Made by a program: the position numbers and the translations under genes
Shown here: positions 11,653 to 25,007 of the stretch, in pieces
How positions within the stretch are numbered: the first letter of the stretch is position 1
How the letters are laid out: each line of letters opens with the position of its first letter
Notes under the pieces: generated by a model
Seen by the model: only the letters and a program-made list of their open reading frames with translations
What the model was told of the DNA's origin: nothing
The model's database searches: none
Assembly: GCA_964016885.1 (NCBI GenBank)
Contig: OZ024740.1
Span: forward strand, 393,142,001-393,206,000
Direction of reading: 5' to 3'
Length of the DNA: 64,000 nt
Origin: Eledone cirrhosa
Lineage: Eukaryota

Positions 11653-12440
11653 ATGTATGTATGTACGTATGTCTATATTTATGTTTACTGTTTGTGTCTT
11701 ATAACTTAATGGTTCAACAAAGTGAAATCAATGAAATAAGTTCAAGACTTGAAAAAAATAAGTACTAGGGTCAATATGAACGACTAAATCACTTAAAGGC
11801 AGTATTGCCCCAGCATGACTGTAGTCTAATGAATGCGATCAGTAAAAGAATAAAGAGTGGAATCCATAAGTTGATGCTAACAGTGAATATCAAAACATTT
11901 TTCAAATTCTCACAATAAATTCAAGCATGAACATTCTTTGATTCAACTTCATTCTTCAGAAACTGTAAGCTCATTATTTTCTACCAGTACAAAATGAAAC
12001 AAAACATAACAAGAACAAAAAAAAGGGCACAAAATAGACTATGAAAGATTAAAAAACATGTAAAAAATGCTTATATCTCCCCCAACACCAGCCACATCAC
12101 ACACACATAGCACCCCCCCCCCCCCCCAAAAAAAAATATATATGCACAGACACCTGAAAAAACAAACATGCTTCCAGGAAAAAAAATGGTGGAAATAGTT
12201 TTCTGAAGTGTTAACAATTAGGGAGAAGTCACATGAAAACATCACCAGAGAAGATTGAAGAATCCAGAGATACAAGTATACAAGAAATTCATAAGTTACT
12301 CTATTTCTCTATTTGAGCCTACTGATAAAACTATGGCAACAACAATATTAATAATAATATATATGTATATATCATACATTTATAAATCTTTACACACACA
12401 CACACACATACACACACATATATATATATAGAGAGAGAGA

Positions 12441-12828
12441 GGCACATGGCTTAGTGGTTAGAGCATTGGCCTTGCAATCGAAAGGTTGTGAGTTCAATTC
12501 TCAGACCGGGTGATGTGTTGTTTCCTTGAGCAAGACACTTTATTTCACATTGCTCCAGTTTACTCAGCTATAGAAACGAGATGATAGGGATTGGGGTCCT
12601 TATCACTCCCCTGCAAAGTGGTCGTGGAGGTGCCACGGCAAAAAAGCACCCAGCCCACACTGTAAAGTGGACGTGTAGGCGTCACGGAAAAAAAGCACCC
12701 AGCACTCACTGTAAATGAGGTTGGTGTTAGGAAGGGCATCCAGCTGTAGAAATCAAGCCAGAATCAGTTCCCGTCCCACCCTTGCAAGCAGAGAAAAGCA
12801 GACGTAAAAATAATGATGATGATGATGA
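12441..12828 (+). mobile_element. Full-length tRNA-headed SINE family A with RTE-type tail
   Basis: A box TGGCTTAGTGG, B box GTTCAATTC, CORE-like block, RTE-shared 3' block, and (GAT)n tail. Confidence 0.9.
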
Positions 12829-14598
12829 TACACACACACCCATGCACACACAAATAAGTGTGGCTTAGTGGTTGGAGTGTTAAACTCATGATTGTAAGGT
12901 TGTGAGTTTGTGTCCTTGGGAAAGACATGTTATTCTAGTGCATTCATCTAGCAAAAATAAGTAGTAACTGTAATTCAAAGGAACAGCCTTGTGTCATACT
13001 GAATCTCCCTGCAAATCATACATTTATGGAATGCTTAGCCACCTGTATGTTAATTTCATGAACAAGCTGTCTTGTTAATTAACGAACAGTAAAATGCATT
13101 AACTCATTGTCATTACTGACAGAAGTCCAACAACACACACAGACAAGTGTGTGTGTGTGTGTAAGTATGTGTGTATGCACAGGGACATGAAAATACTCTG
13201 GTTGGTGCTTGAGTGCACAGTTACTCCACCAGGAGTGAGAGACCTCTGGTCCTTATTGGGACATAATTCTATGAGAAGGAAAACTCTGATGTCAAAACTG
13301 CAACTCAATGGCAGCCAATGATGTTGACCTGTCCTTCTTTTTCCATACCTGTCACCATTGTTCAGAGAGTGGGATTAGTCCGTACAAGGCCTTTCTTCCT
13401 TGAAAAAAAAACTTCAAACACAGGCATTACTTGATCTAAACATCTTACGTGTGTTGCAGGACCATTGCTGACCAAAACCGAAAAGAGCTTTTATTCTTTC
13501 TTTTGCTGCAGCATATGTAAAAAGGAATGTAAATCCTTGGCAGGGCTAAAAAATCACGATTGTGTCACCCATGTATGAGAAAAGAATCAAGTGATGGTAA
13601 TTCACCAGGTTAATACAAAGACTGGCTGTTCACAGGAATTCCTTGTGTAGAAGACCTAGTTCTTATAAATGAATCTCTTACAGAGTTGGCCTGTCTATAA
13701 TTGGTCCTTGAACCATCATTCCTTACTAATTATATTATCATTATCATTGAAATTGTCTCACCATCATCCATTTATCTCTTTACCTATTTCCCACCTTGGT
13801 TGCCTTGCTATGAGGAAGGATATCTAATCTGTTCATATTTGGAACTCTTACCCATTATCCTCTACTGTTAATTAAAGCTCTCTCCTCTCTGTCACCTACG
13901 ACTGGTCATCATTCTTTCTCTTCCATGTGGTTCTTCATTGACTCCTACCACTTTCCATTTCCTATTCCTATTTATACCTTGTTTTTCCTCTTCACACTTC
14001 TCTAACAACCAGCATATAGCCCACTTATTCATTCTTCCATTACTCCCTTCCATAGTCCATCCCTGTTTCTTCTATCACATTCATAATCACAGTTCTTTCT
14101 TATCTCTTAGTAACCACTGAAGAATGAAAGATAAAATTAATCAAGACAAAATTTGAACACACAACATGATGTAGCATAACACCACAAGATATTCTACTGA
14201 AAATAAGCACTCTCCTATTTCTGCCACATCTCTAAACCCAATGAAAATAATATTAATTTCTAAAATAGGCAGAAGGTTTCATAGGATGGGGAAATTGGAT
14301 ACATTGACAAGTAGTTATTTTATCAAGTTTAGTAGGATTTGAACTCAGAACATAAAGAGCTTTAAGTAAACACTCTAAGAGTTTGTCATCCTATCGTTTT
14401 TACCAATCAGACATCTTGATAATGATCTCTACAAGGACATGCATTTTGAGGGGAAAGAACAGTCAACCATATTAACTGCACTAGATGGTTTCTATTATAT
14501 TTCATCAATCCTGGAAAGATGAAAGGCAAAGTCAACCTTTGTGGGTTTTAAGTGTTTCCAAAACAATCATCCTTTCATGTATTAAGAAGGCATTGAAG

Positions 14599-14649
<51 letters not shown>

Positions 14650-14802
14650 TACAAAAGTAATAATGAGAATTTACTGGGAGTAAATTAATTTATCATTGTA
14701 GTCTTTTCATGTATTTCTGTACATGAAAGACACATGCCTTGAGTAAAAGAAACTATTGTTGTAACAAGACAGAAAAGGAATAATTTTCATATATGCACAC
14801 AC

Positions 14803-14891
<89 letters not shown>

Positions 14892-15017
14892 AAATTGGAA
14901 ATAGCATGGAAAATATATTTAAGGGCCTGTTTTTCTCTTTTTTTCCTTTCTTTGATTTGTCAAAGTGACATTATTGAAAAAACGAGAGGGACAATTCTTT
15001 TAAAAAAGAGTTTTATA

Positions 15018-15058
<41 letters not shown>

Positions 15059-15460
15059 ACATACATATACATACAAACACACATACTGGGAATAATGGAG
15101 GCTTTTGACATTCAGAAAATATTATAAAATATATTTTACACACACACAAGCATCATCACACTCAGTCTTATGCACACATATATACACACTCTCACAGACT
15201 CATATTCACACGAATGCATGCACACGAAGAGAGAGAGACTGCTCATTGCTAACTTCAGCTAACTAATTTTAGAAGTAAGAATATTGCTAATACTTCCAGA
15301 AAATTCCAGTTCAAAGGTGTAAGAAATTAAAAGTGTTCATTTTTATCTTTGTTGTTTCTCAATACATTTGCTGTTATGGTTGTTGTTGTTGGAATTATTA
15401 TTATCATTATTTCATTGTTATTTTTTTGTTACATCCTCTGTTTTTGTTTTTTACACGCAG

Positions 15461-15615
15461 AAATGCCCATTTGTACTGTCCTGTATTGTCCTGCACTGTC
15501 CTCAATGTCTACTTTATGTAAACCCTTGTGGTTAATAAAGAAATCATTATTATTATCATTATCATTATTATCATTATTATTATTGTTATTGTTATTGTTA
15601 TTATTACCTTTAAAG
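15461..15615 (+). CDS. Candidate exon of a nested antisense gene encoding a signal-peptide-like N-terminus
   Basis: Long pyrimidine acceptor tttttgttttttacacgcag|AA, ATG at 15463, peptide MPICTVLYCPALSSMSTLCKPLWLIKKSLLLSLSLLSL11PLK, ending at the GC-type donor AAG|gcaagt. An upstream donor (gt|gtaaga) lies near 15319. No convincing next exon was found. Confidence 0.35.
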
Positions 15616-15969
15616 GCAAGTATATTTATATATTTACTTATTTACTTGATTGCATTGTTTTTCCCTTTCTTCTCTTTGCCTCTTATTTCTTGTGGGTGTG
15701 GGTGTGTGTGTGTGCGTGTGTGTGTGATGAACTCAAAGAAAGAACAAAAAACAATAGTGGTGGTGGGGGAGGGAGAAAATGAAGTATCAGAAAAAACGAT
15801 GTCCCTCCTAATGTGTGAGTGTTTGTGTATGTAGAGATTGCAAGGTGGATTGGATTCCACAGAGAGGATATCTTGTTAATTTTGGTGATGTTTGTTGAAA
15901 GGTGAAAATATAGATGTGCATGTATGTGTGTGGATTTGGGATATATATATATATATATATAAAGTATTT

Positions 15970-16004
<35 letters not shown>

Positions 16005-16235
16005 AGATAGAAATGAAAATAGAGGAAGATGGAAAGGAAATATGGACAGATCAAAAGGATCTGTTCTTTGAAAAAATGGTAAGTAACTTAGGGACATTTT
16101 CCACAGAATGTGGATACTGTAAATAAAAAGGAATGGCTGCAAAAATGAATAAATAAACAAATATATTGTTAGCAACTGAATGATCAAAACTTCTTTGTCT
16201 TTTTTTCCATGTCTTCTCAGTCTCTGTATCACACG

Positions 16236-16306
<71 letters not shown>

Positions 16307-16639
16307 ATGTATATATATGTGTGTGCACATACACAAGCATGCATATATGCACAAAGACCTCCACACATACATACATATACATGCACAATCTTATTCATAA
16401 TTACACACAGATACAGATGTAGGGAGATCAGTATTCTGGGAGAAAAACCAAAGAGATGATTATTTTATTAAACTTATTTTTTGTTACTTCAGAACAGAAA
16501 GCAAGGAGGAATACATAAACTCATTATGATCTAATGAAAGATGAAGAGCTAGTGAGTTCCTGAGATATTTCAGGTTCCTGGTTGTGTTGTGTAAATATTA
16601 GACATCCTTTCCCTAGCCCCATCATTCCTGCACACTAGT

Positions 16640-17040
16640 AACAGAAAACGAACAAAGTATTTAGTGTTTTGTTTTTTTGTCACAACATCGAAAGAATTGT
16701 CATTTAATTGAATCACTGTCAACTTTGATGACATGCCTTTCATTGTAGTACTGGATTGAATTTCTCACATGAGGAACTACCGGTAATAGACCAGTGTTCT
16801 TTCCAAAAGGAGATTTATCTCTCATCTTGCTTAAAACTACTGATCTTGTGGGTTTTACTGTAATCTTATGAAGATGAAATCTTCTGCAGTACTGAATAAC
16901 CCAGTGAAAATGATATGGATGAATGACATGGAAATAGACTAGAGAGTAGAGAGAGGAAAAAATGTGCACCCTGTCATATTGCAAACCATGATTAACTGCA
17001 GCATGCTGGAGTGTGCAGTAGGGTTCTCAGCTAACAAGAG
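16640..17040 (-). mobile_element. Decayed non-LTR RT fragment (NeSL/HERO-like)
   Basis: ORF 16700..16984 reads KITVKPTRSVVLSKMRDKSPF, resembling the 'MKFKP.KSRSLVLKKGK..DKF.F' post-YxDD region. Confidence 0.4.
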
Positions 17041-18569
17041 GTATATCTGAAACGATCTGTTGCTCACATGTAGTTATTTGGAAGCCTACCTACATGTGAT
17101 ACGTCTGCTCTATCAGAGCTGACCTGGATCTAAACAATAGCCATGACAACCATGATCATTTAATAAGATTAACATGTTAGAAAATATTACTCTAGCCTTT
17201 ATTAATTATTAAGTCTGTGGAAAAGGGGCAGTGATAATAATAGCTGCAGCTGTTATAATGTTTTTCAGACTAAAGTGGTTGATGCAGTTTGACCTTCCAT
17301 GGGTCAATGTTTGAAAGGAAAATTTAAGTCACGAGGGTTGCAGCTCTTAACTTGCTTTAGGTCCTCAACTCCTGATAAAGCTAAAGCGAAGCTGTCATGA
17401 CATACAGTGTGATTTTGAGGTCTAAATTTGGTAGAACTAATCCCTTTTTAGATTTGCAGTTCTATGATGGAAGGATTATTTGAAGTACTTAATAAGGATC
17501 TAGACATGGATGTGTCAATTCTGTAGGCATAAAACAAATTAAAGTTATCAGGTGTATATAATTTGTGTGTGTACAGGTTTCAACAGAATAAGTATCTGAT
17601 AAAAAAAAACAGCTAGTTTAGTGCTGTTTCCTCCCTTGAATATCATGTTAACCCTTTTATGACCACATTTCTGACGAGTGTATTCTGCCTTTGTGTTTAA
17701 ATTTTGAAAATAATCAAGAATTATGAGAGATTATTGAATAACTATAATTAACTTTAAACTTAATGAAAGGTAAATGTTTACCTGTTGAAATCTAATATCC
17801 TCTTTCATGTAATATAGAAATTTCAGTCTAAAATGATTTATTTAAATTTGAACATTATTAGGTGTTGAAAGAGTTAATCATGAGATGTCCAACTCCAACC
17901 TGATGACAAGGATAATGATGTATGTTCTATTCCAATATATACATATAATTATTAATCCTTATCAAACTTAGTATGAATATTTACTTGTTTTGCTGCATAA
18001 TTATGAATATCTGTGATTATCAATGACACAAAACAACAACTCAATAAGATAGCTACTTGCTAGAAATAAAAAGTCATAACTAAAGTCATGACTAATTTAA
18101 TTAATGTAGTCCTAAATACACACTGTTTGAATAAAAGATGAAATGGTCATGGCTCATATACATTTGAATCTTAACCCTACTAAGGACTAACCTCAGTTAA
18201 AGATCTTATTTCAAGAATCAGTGCAGAGAGAAGCAGCAGAACATTGACCAAACTAATTACTGTAATGTGTAGCTAGGTCAGCTTATGTTTTAAATTTAAA
18301 ATATGCTGCATTTAAACTTAGACTTTTATCCCTCCAGAGAAGGAGGTTGATAATAAGTACCAGTCATATAAGTTATACTGGTCATGTACTTACAATTCAT
18401 TTATTCAACCATATCCTTCCAACTTCTCACCTTCTCCAACAGGATAAACTGAGCCAGAAATCCAGCTTTGATTTCTAATGGTAGCTGTTTTAATTAATCT
18501 CAACCCTTTCATAACCATATTTTAAAAGAAATACACAATTCTAAGTTCCAGTTAATCTTGAAGATAATG

Positions 18570-19290
18570 TTCATCATCTAGCTTGGACTCGACAATTTGC
18601 CTGCATCTCTTTGCCAGACACTTAGCATAGACTTTACCAGGGAGGCTTAACAATTGGAATAATCTTTCTTGTCTTCCTTTTTTAAAATTGGGATTATCAC
18701 TCCCAATTGCCATTGCTTAGATCCCTTTCCAGAGATCCAGGTCATCTGGCAAACATGAGTCAGCCAAAGAATACCTTCTCAATTTAGGGTTTTTAACATC
18801 TCAGGTCGGATTTCATCTTCCCGAGTGGCCTTGCCACATTTGAGCTCTTTAACTGCTCTTGTGACCTCAGCCTCTGAGAGATTAGTCACCACCCCCAGAT
18901 GCAACTTGTGTACATCCAAAGATGCTGTTGTGATCGAGTTTAAGAGATCAACAAAGTATTCTCTCCACCTTGTGAGAATGTACCTCTCTGAAGAGTGGAG
19001 AACCTCAGACATGCTCTTGTTAGCAGGTGTAGAGGAGGACTTATTATTACAAAGTCAGATTCCAGCTTAGCCCTAAAGTCCTCCCATGTCTTAACTTTGG
19101 ATACCTTTACTGACACTGCTGTGATTCTTCGTGCCTGCTTGTACTGTAAATTCAAAAAGGAAAAGTTATTTCCAAGCCAAGCTTTGTAGGTCTCCTTCTT
19201 TGTTTGGATAGCATCTTTAACCTCTTGATTCAAACAAGGGATCCTCCTGCCATCCAGCACCACACCAAGCCTCTTTCTTTTCCAGCCAGT
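18570..19290 (-). mobile_element. RTE-clade LINE fragment
   Basis: ORFs read RWREYFVDLLN...EVTRAVKELKCGKATREDEIRPEMLK and EVKDAIQTKKETYKAWL. Confidence 0.85.
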
Positions 19291-19728
19291 GCAATTAAAA
19301 TCTAAGTCACCTTAGCAGAATTTGAACTAAGAACGTAAAAGTGTATAACTAAATATGATTCTGCCAGCCACTGCTTGTGACAAAAGATTAATATTGATTG
19401 TTAGATATTTAAATATTGATTTCTATTAACAGGACAGAAGATTGATATTAAAAAGAGAGAAAAAAAATTAATCAGATAACATTTTTTTTTTCAATTTCCA
19501 TTATATTTTATAGCAATAAATTTTACAAAAAACTATTCTTTTTACAAATTTAAAATTCACTCATTATTTCTTTTTTCATGGATATTTAAATTTGTTTTGA
19601 TTTTTTTTATGGCTGAATGTATTTTATTGTCTTTATCAGTAATATTTTTAATTACTTCATAAAATACTTATTTTCATTACATGTTCACAAATGGCTGGAA
19701 GGAATAGTAGGCTTCTTGGTTGAAGGAT

Positions 19729-19998
19729 TCATCATCATCATCATCATCATTTTATGCCCGCTTTTCCCTGCTTGCAAGGGTGGGACGGGAACTGATTCTG
19801 GCTTGATTTCTACAGCTGGATGCCCTTCCTAACACCAACCTCATTTACAGTGAGTGCTGGGTGCTTTTTTGCCATGGCACCTCCACGACCACTTTGCAGT
19901 GGAATGATAGGGACACCAGTCCTATCATCTCATTTCTACAGCTGAGTAAACTGGAGCAATGTGAAATAAAGTGTCTTACTCAAGGAAACAACACATCA
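19729..19998 (-). mobile_element. 5'-truncated SINE family A
   Basis: Matches 11316-11580. Confidence 0.85.
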
Positions 19999-22900
19999 TT
20001 GTAAATTTTAATTTCTCTTCTTTGACCAATGTACTGAAAACACCACCAATCATCTTTATATAAAAATGCCTCCATAAGCTGAAGTGTAGGCAACCTGTCT
20101 AGGATAGCAACCACTCCAAATAAATTGGTGCGGGGTGGAGAAGCCCCCTAAGTCCAGTAAGACAACTTCCCTAGTGTTGGTGGCATGAATAAAAGCACCC
20201 AGTCCATGCTGTAAAATGGAGGTGATGGAAATACCATTCAGCCATTAAAAACATGCCAAAGTATGGGGTGAAGAGGGCCCCTGAGTCCAGTAAGGCAGCC
20301 TCTCTAGTGCTGGTGGAATGAATAAAAATATCTAGTTCATGCTGTAAAGTGGTGTTGGTGATAAGAAGGGCATCCAACCAGTATATTATCAATGCCAAAT
20401 TCTGAGCACAAAATACAAATGAGCCTCCAAAGCTCAGAACACTTGTTTATAAAGGTTATTGTTGTTAGTGGTGGTGGCTTAGTGCTACCACTACTACATT
20501 AAGTAGAAGATGGATATATCGTTCTGTTGATAGAATGCTAGTCTATCTATGGTTGCATTCCCAGATGGTCGTAAACCTATTTTTTGGGTAGCTATGTGAA
20601 CTGAAGAAACTGTTTACCAAACAATGATCTTAATCTGCAATGCAATAAGCTTTTTGAGACCATTTTTCCTGCTAAAGCAAGGGCTAATCTTGCAGGTTTC
20701 ATATTCAACTGAATACACACAGCAAATGTAATACAAACATTTACATTAAATTACATTTACATCATCATCATTTTATGTCTGCTTTCCATATTGGCATGGG
20801 TCTGATGGGTTGTCATGGTCTGAGACAAGATGGGTTTTTGAGAAAACTCCCCTTGCTTATAAGTTCCATATTTGGCATGATTCCTACGGCTGAGTGCTCT
20901 TATAATGCTAACCACCATATAGAGTGCACTGTATATACTTTATCATGGCACCAGCACTGACACTTTACAGAGGAGTGTACAAGGTGCATTTTCTCATAGC
21001 ATGAGCACTAACACTTCATAGAATGTATTGGGTACATTTTATCATGGTATGAGTATTAGAGAAATTGTCATATACACAGTCAGATAAGAGAGTCTTCTCA
21101 AATCCTACAATGTCTCCTTTCAATTGTCATCTACGTTACAGAGTTTAGTGGGTTCTTGGTGCATTTTATCATAGCTCTAGAACTAAAGAGGTTGTCAGAT
21201 GCTTGACTAGGCTGTCCTCTTTAGACTATATTATCTCCCTTCAATTGCTATCCACTTTACAGAGTGTGCTGGGTGCACTTTAGTGCAGAACCAACACCAA
21301 TAGGTACATATATAAAATACAATGTCTCTCTGCGTGTATAACCTGCTTGCCCAAGAAAATTGGGGGCCAAAAGCAATGGTCCCTAATGATGATGTTGTAA
21401 AGAGGTTGTACTAAAAATATTTTTAATTATCAATTTTCCAGATTTGGGGACAAAAACAATGCTGATGATATTAAGACATTGTACCTCCCCATACCTCACA
21501 CCAAATATATATTTAAAATTCCATGACAAAGAAAATAGGAGAGAAGAACAGATAACTATATTTTTTATTAATACCACAATTATTGTAAATTCAGTTTATA
21601 TAAGATATAATTGTTCTACTTTTGGCACAAGGCCAGCAATTACCCAGTGCATTACTGGTACTTTATTTTATCACCCCCGTAAGGATGAAAGGCAAAGTTA
21701 ACCTCGGCGGGATTTGAAAGGGTGATGAGAAGGGAAGATTGTTGCTAGGTTTACTTTCTTGTTTCAGGAATTATGGGTATAGTTAAATGTCAGTATTCGA
21801 GTGAAGCTAATAAGATATAATGTCTGTTCATTTTATATAAAACAGGGGAATTAGTTTTATTTATTAGATTGTAAAATGTCAGTGAAGTGAACAGTTCTTG
21901 CTTGAACACTTCAGACACTAGCTGGAGGCAAGTGGAGCAAGCTTATCAGTTAACAATAGTTATATGATAATGTAAAATAATATCTAATATATACTCTGAA
22001 GAGTCAGTTCTTAGAAGTTAGTTCTAGTTTCAAGACAAGCAGTAGATGAAAGAATAATACCTACCCCTTGCTAGGGCACCAGACAAACCCAGATAATATT
22101 TTCCACAATGATTTGTTACCTCTTTGTGACAACTAGGAAGATGTGAAGTAGAATTAAATGTAATGTTCAAATCTTTAATGTAACACATTATCATCATTTG
22201 ATGTCTGTTTTCCACTAACCATCACAGACCAAGTCAAGGGATCTGCATCTTGCTTACATATATTCTCATGCTCTTTGTCATGACCCTAGCACTAAGGAGC
22301 TTGTTATATCTTTGACACAGCTAAAGAGTCCTCCTGACCCTTTGTTTGATGTTTTTTATAGCTAGTTGCCCTTCCTATAACCATCTCCTTACAGGTGATC
22401 TGGTACCTATTTTTAACAGCCAGGTGAACTAAGATTATGTAGAATTATGTATTTCAATGTAAAAATGTTTGAGTTTGTTGTCCAATAGTTTATTCTCTTC
22501 AATCTTTCATTTCAATTTCATTTTGTTTACCGAACTACTTATGAGAGGAATGAAGTTGAGGTAGGGAACAATTTAGATGTGAATGCTGAAATTACTCAAA
22601 AGTAGATTAGTATATTTACAGTTCTGTAACGAGATTCTACTCTCACATGAAAATGAATGAATTTTTTATTTAGTTTGTAATCACATTTTATGTTGTAGCC
22701 TCTTTTGTTAAAGCTCTTGGGTAAAAATACAACTCAGGTCAGCAACCAATACTTGAAACATCATATATAGTGATTCAATTTTGATTATAGATGGGAATTA
22801 ATTTACTTCACTTGAGAATGATATACATATATATATAATATTCTTCTGATACTAAAATGTCAATGACATTTTGAATGTATATTTCTTTTCTTTTCTTTCA

Positions 22901-23249
22901 CTGATTTCAGTTATTGGATACACACACACACACACACACACATACACACATGCACACACATGCACATACTCAGTCTCTCTCTCTGCTATATTCAATATAA
23001 TTTCATTACTTTTAGAAGAGAAAACTGATGAAAATGAAGTATGATGAAAACCTTTGATAAACCTTAATGTATGATATATTACATGATAAAGTTATATATG
23101 TATATGTACATATAAAGTTATATATGTATATGTACAGAATAGAAGTAACAAAGACTGTGTAAATGTGTATATATATTTACACATTTTTACTATACAGACA
23201 TGTAAACATGCCAAACATATTTCCCTGTAAGTTGAAAAATGATAAGCAT

Positions 23250-23291
23250 CTTTAACTGGTTTTCAAGCCTAGTTGGGCTTTCATCAGAAAG
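23250..23291 (-). ncRNA. Minimal hammerhead ribozyme-like motif (PLE type)
   Basis: CTTT-CTGATGA-AAGCC[caacta]GGCTT-GAAA-ACCAGTT-AAAG. Intact core boxes, perfect 5-bp stem II, near-palindromic stem III, 3-4 bp stem I. Confidence 0.65.
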
Positions 23292-24292
23292 CATTTGTAT
23301 CATCTAAACAACCAGAAGGAAATATGTAATTGAGGGGCTTATAAACCCTGTTACTTATAGTATACCATATATACCCTATCACTTATAATAGCTTTCTGTA
23401 TATTTACATATATAACAACTTAATATAATATATAAAAATATAATATATATATACTATTGTAAAAATTAATGTAAGTGTATTTTTTATTTTTGCTTTTTCT
23501 CATGGAAGGGCAGCCCCCATATATGTAGAGTATCTGAGATTGAGAAGGGGAAGAGGATGAGTAAGAAACCATGATTCAATGCTTGCTGCAATAGGAAACA
23601 ATATATCCTAATACCAAGTTACTTGGAGGTCACACTGTTATAAGGATTTGGAGTATGTCTATGGACTGAATGATTGCAGCAGTGCTAAAGCTACTCAAGG
23701 ACAATGTGGTTAAACCATGCAAAGGATTAAGTCTAACACACAAGAATATATACAGTTCCCTGTCAACTCCCTTTCACTTGGAAGTAGAAAACGTGCAGTA
23801 AGATTGAACCTGGGGCAACAAGATTGAAAAGCAAACTTCTTAAAAGGTCATGCCTGTGTCACTTTAAGTGATCTGTATGACTACCAAAAGACAACAGTTT
23901 TTGACTGTCTGTTTGTCTCTCACTCCATTCCTCCTCTCTTTCATCATCACTGTTTAGCATCTATTTACCATGCTTGTATAGGTTTGATGGGCTGTGAGGT
24001 TATGAGGCCAGACAAGTCAAATGACCATGTCTTGCTCATACATGCTGATTTGGGGTTAGATTTCTATGGTTGGATACCCTTTCTAATGTTACAAAATGGA
24101 CTAGGAATTTTTACATAGCACCAGCACTATCACCTTACAAGGTGGACTAGTTTCTTTTTGTTGTGGCACCAGTAAAACCACCATACAAGGCAGACTCTCT
24201 CTATCTCTCTCTCTCTCTCTGTATATATATACATATATCATCATCATCATCGTTTAACGTCCATCTTCCACGCTAGCATGGGTCTGGATGGG

Positions 24293-24331
<39 letters not shown>

Positions 24332-24424
24332 CTTAGTAATCATGGTCACAAGATTGAGTACTCAATAACAGAGTAGAGATTAATATATTCTTTATCAAGA
24401 TCAAGCTTGTGTCTTGTAACACCA

Positions 24425-24501
<77 letters not shown>

Positions 24502-24808
24502 CAAATAGAAAAATGGAATCAAATTTTTACATTAGTTTAATGCTTTACACATGTTTCAAGTATGATATAACCATTACACATTTAGTTACAAATAGGATCT
24601 TACAAGTAACTTGTGTGAGTAAAAATAAAGAAAAGAAGCATAAAAGAATTTTACACAACACCATCTTCACAAGCAGTTTAAATATTACAAATATACATTA
24701 AAGTCAATCAATAAACACATTGAGCTCATACTGAAAATATTTAGCAATTACATATTCCCATATATATCTCTCTACATACAAACTGGGTTATATATTGTTT
24801 TACTCCTG

Positions 24809-24889
<81 letters not shown>

Positions 24890-24970
24890 TAAAAGGTAAA
24901 CAGAAATAACAACACAATTGGTACAATTTATGAAAGGAATATATTAGGTTAACACTTGAAATAGTAGCAG

Positions 24971-25007
24971 GAATAGTTTCGGATGCTAGTCCTTCATCAG
25001 AAGAAAG
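24971..25007 (-). ncRNA. Degenerate hammerhead-like motif
   Basis: CTGATGA-A-GGA[ctagca]TCC-GAAA-CTATTC; stem I does not pair. A related, more decayed copy is at 42848-42880. Confidence 0.4.

Noticed and set aside
12441-12515. tRNA gene
   Set aside because: A/B boxes are present, but there is no complete cloverleaf or terminator, and it continues into the SINE body found in many copies.
15876-16422. Overlapping IYIY/HTHT ORFs, and similar ones at 32147, 36532, 46576, 52752 and 55547
   Set aside because: Dinucleotide microsatellites lacking stop codons.
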